A stretch of 64,000 bases of DNA from an uncultured Eubacteriales bacterium (GTDB lineage: Bacteria; Bacillota; Clostridia; Christensenellales; UBA1242): assembly GCA_900551855.1 (NCBI GenBank), contig URXM01000002.1, positions 102,290 through 166,289 of the forward strand. The letters are read 5' to 3'. The notes under the pieces are model-generated. The model had not been told where the DNA came from. It searched no databases and was given only the letters and a program-made list of their open reading frames with translations. Made by a program: the position numbers and the translations under genes. Below are positions 61,683-64,000 of the stretch, in pieces; the first letter of the stretch is position 1, and the number at the start of each line of letters is the position of its first letter.

Positions 61683-63428
61683 ATGAATATTTTGAGATTA
61701 TTGAAAAATTTGAAATGGATAGATTATTTGTTTTTGTGCATTGCTTGTGGACTTATTGTTTTGCAAGTATGGCTTGATCTTGAATTGCCTTCTTACACAG
61801 AGAACATTATGAATGAATTAGGAAAGCTTCCTATGGGAGAAAAAGTTGAAATGTCCGTTATTTTGATAAATGGCGGATATATGCTTGCTTGTGCTTTGGG
61901 AAGTCTTTCTAGTGCTATTTTGGTAGGATTTTTTACAGCAAATTTATCTTCTAGACTTGCTTACAATATTAGAGGAAAAGTTTACAACAAAATTCAAGGT
62001 TTTTCTCTTGCAGAAATAAACAAATTTTCTACAGCAAGTTTGATAACAAGAACAACCAATGATGTCACACAAGTACAAATTTTCCTTGCAATGGGTATGC
62101 AAGCAATCATTAAAGCTCCTGTTCTTGCCATTTGGTCAATCATAAAGATTTTAGGCAAAGACTGGCAATGGTCTGTTGCACTCGCTGTTGCAATTGGTTT
62201 TTTGCTTTTGATGGTAATTGTGATTATCACTGTTGCTGTTCCAAAATTTAAGAAAATTCAAACTATGACAGACGATATCAACCGCGTCACTGATGAAAAC
62301 CTTACTGGTATTAGGGTTGTTCGTGCTTCAAATGCGGAAGATTTCCAAAATGAAAAATTTGAGAAATACAATCAGAAACTTACAAAAACTCAACTTTTTG
62401 TAAACAGAGTTATGGGGATTATGAACCCTGGTATGACTCTTTTGATGAGTGGTCTTTCTCTTGCAATTTATTGGATTGGTGCATATATTGTTGAAGATAG
62501 AATGATGCTTGCAAATATGACAACATTTATGCAATATGGAATCCAAGTTGTAGCTGCATTTATGCTTTTGATCATTATATTTATCTTAATGCCAAGAGCT
62601 CTCGTTTCTGCAAAGAGAATAAACGAAGTTTTAGATACAAAAGACTCTATTATTTCTGGAGAATTTAAAGATATAAATTCAAACCGTTCTGCATCTGTTA
62701 TTTTTGACCATGTTTCTTTCAAATATCCTGACGCCGATGAATATGTTTTGAAAGATATAAGTTTTGAAGCAAAAGAGGGAGAAATTGTTGCCTTTATTGG
62801 TTCTACAGGAAGTGGAAAGAGCACTCTTATCAATCTTATCCCTAGATTGTATGATGCAACAGAAGGGAAAGTTTTGATTGATGGTGTTGATGTAAAAGAA
62901 TATGACCTTGAAAGTTTAAACAGAAAGATAGGATATGTGCCACAGAGAGGAATTCTTTTCAGTGGAACTGTTAAATCAAATGTAAACTTTGGAGATAACA
63001 ATGCTGATGATGAAGAAGTTAAAAATGCAATAAGTATTGCTCAGGCATCAAACTTTGTTTCTAGAATGGCAAATGGTGTTGATAGTAGAATTGCTCAAGG
63101 AGGAACAAATGTTTCTGGTGGGCAGAAACAGAGATTGTCAATTGCTCGTGCTGTAGCTAGAAGACCAGAAATCTTTATTTTTGATGATAGTTTTTCTGCA
63201 CTTGATTATAAAACAGACAAGAAATTGAGAGCTGCTCTCAAAAAACACACAGGAAAAGTCACAAAGTTTATTGTTGCACAAAGAATTGGAACAATTAAAG
63301 ATGCTGACAAAATTATTGTTCTTGACAATGGAATCATGGTTGGTATGGGGACACACGATGAGTTGCTCAAGAATTGTCCAGTTTACAAAGAAATAGCTTT
63401 GTCACAATTGTCAAAGGAGGAATTATAA
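61683..63428 (+). CDS. ABC exporter, fused permease/ATPase (multidrug type), subunit 1
   Basis: Six-TM N-terminal domain, Walker A GSTGSGKST, signature VSGGQKQRLSIARA, Walker B IFIFDDSFSALD. Confidence 0.92.
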   Translation: MNILRLLKNLKWIDYLFLCIACGLIVLQVWLDLELPSYTENIMNELGKLPMGEKVEMSVILINGGYMLACALGSLSSAILVGFFTANLSSRLAYNIRGKVYNKIQGFSLAEINKFSTASLITRTTNDVTQVQIFLAMGMQAIIKAPVLAIWSIIKILGKDWQWSVALAVAIGFLLLMVIVIITVAVPKFKKIQTMTDDINRVTDENLTGIRVVRASNAEDFQNEKFEKYNQKLTKTQLFVNRVMGIMNPGMTLLMSGLSLAIYWIGAYIVEDRMMLANMTTFMQYGIQVVAAFMLLIIIFILMPRALVSAKRINEVLDTKDSIISGEFKDINSNRSASVIFDHVSFKYPDADEYVLKDISFEAKEGEIVAFIGSTGSGKSTLINLIPRLYDATEGKVLIDGVDVKEYDLESLNRKIGYVPQRGILFSGTVKSNVNFGDNNADDEEVKNAISIAQASNFVSRMANGVDSRIAQGGTNVSGGQKQRLSIARAVARRPEIFIFDDSFSALDYKTDKKLRAALKKHTGKVTKFIVAQRIGTIKDADKIIVLDNGIMVGMGTHDELLKNCPVYKEIALSQLSKEEL

Positions 63429-63429
63429 A

Positions 63430-64000
63430 ATGCCTGGTATGATGAATATGAGAAACAATTCAGTTGAAAAAGCAGAAAAAGGTGCATTTTTTAAGTCTTT
63501 AGGCAAGCTCCTTAAATTTTGTAAAAGATATTGGGGATGGATAATTTTGTCTATTGTTTTGGGAGCGGTTGCAACCGTATTTCAAATTATAGGTCCAAAC
63601 AAAATTGGAGATATTGCAAGTATTATTTCTAAAAGTTATATGTTTGGCATTGATGTTGGTGCCGTTACAGAAATTGCAATTTTCTTGGTTTGCATTTATG
63701 TTGCAGGAGCAATTTTGTCTTATTTCCAACATTTTATAACAGCGACAGTCACACAAAAAACTGTAAGAAGATTGAGACAAAATATTTCTAAAAAAATCAA
63801 CAAATTACCTTTAAATTATTTTGATACTCATCTTCACGGAGACATTTTAAGTAGAGTCACAAACGATATTGATACGATTGGTCAGAACTTAAACCAAAGT
63901 ATAGGTGGGCTTATTTCAAACATTTTGTTGTTTTTAGGCGTGCTTGTAGCTATGTTTGTAATTGACTGGATTATGGCATTTACTGTTGTGGGAACTACAA
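63430..64000 (+). CDS. ABC exporter, fused permease/ATPase, subunit 2 (partial; continues beyond the window)
   Basis: ATG at 63430 lies behind AGGAGG, 1 nt after the upstream stop. The TM-domain sequence is typical of type I exporters (...LRQNISKKINKLPLNYFDTHLHGDILSRVTNDIDTI...). Confidence 0.88.
   Translation, partial: MPGMMNMRNNSVEKAEKGAFFKSLGKLLKFCKRYWGWIILSIVLGAVATVFQIIGPNKIGDIASIISKSYMFGIDVGAVTEIAIFLVCIYVAGAILSYFQHFITATVTQKTVRRLRQNISKKINKLPLNYFDTHLHGDILSRVTNDIDTIGQNLNQSIGGLISNILLFLGVLVAMFVIDWIMAFTVVGTT

Noticed and set aside
1-64000. Possibility that this is a Mollicutes-type genome using genetic code 4 (TGA = Trp)
   Set aside because: Well-conserved genes end at TGA, for example the PBP at 15296-15298. 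Conserved Trp positions are TGG. The 12.4-kb ORF is open under the standard code. Peptidoglycan genes (PBP, amidase, PASTA domain) are present.

Overview
Low-GC Bacillota-type chromosomal segment (G+C judged by eye at about one third, not computed). It uses the standard genetic code: TGA is a stop, for example at the end of the PBP gene at 15296-15298, and Trp is TGG. The window spans the replication-origin neighbourhood: yidC-yidD-rnpA-rpmH, dnaN, dnaA (all on the minus strand), a DnaA-box cluster in the dnaA-dnaN spacer, then recF on the plus strand. Core genes follow: rsmH, an ftsL-like gene and a PBP (a short dcw fragment), glyQS with a Gly T-box, an ABC-F ATPase, cls, metK with a SAM-I riboswitch, mscL, tRNA-Arg(UCG), tRNA-Ala(UGC), an SDR, and MarR with two ABC exporters. 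Among these sit lineage-specific genes: a 4131-aa N-terminally anchored surface protein, a 977-aa CvpA-like protein, an orphan VirD4/TraG-type coupling ATPase, several lipoproteins, and small Cys/Gly-rich and membrane proteins. The most interesting locus is a tightly packed seven-gene plus-strand operon at about 53.2-61.2 kb. It encodes an SPFH/YdjI-like protein with a double zinc ribbon, a membrane-anchored protein, a TPR-like protein, two Snf7/CHMP-like (ESCRT-III-type) proteins and a MIT+AAA Vps4-like ATPase. Its last gene is a 1273-aa Zn-ribbon/TPR/TIR-like/3-TM/GLUG-repeat protein. Together these look like a bacterial ESCRT-III/Vps4-type membrane-remodelling system joined to a Psp-like envelope module. 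A second lead is a relatively GC-rich, helix-dense leader or ncRNA of about 300 nt (40.9-41.2 kb) behind a near-consensus promoter, matching no riboswitch class I recognise. I saw no rRNA, CRISPR array, transposase or integrase. All functional calls come from reading motifs in the translated ORFs; no database search was run.
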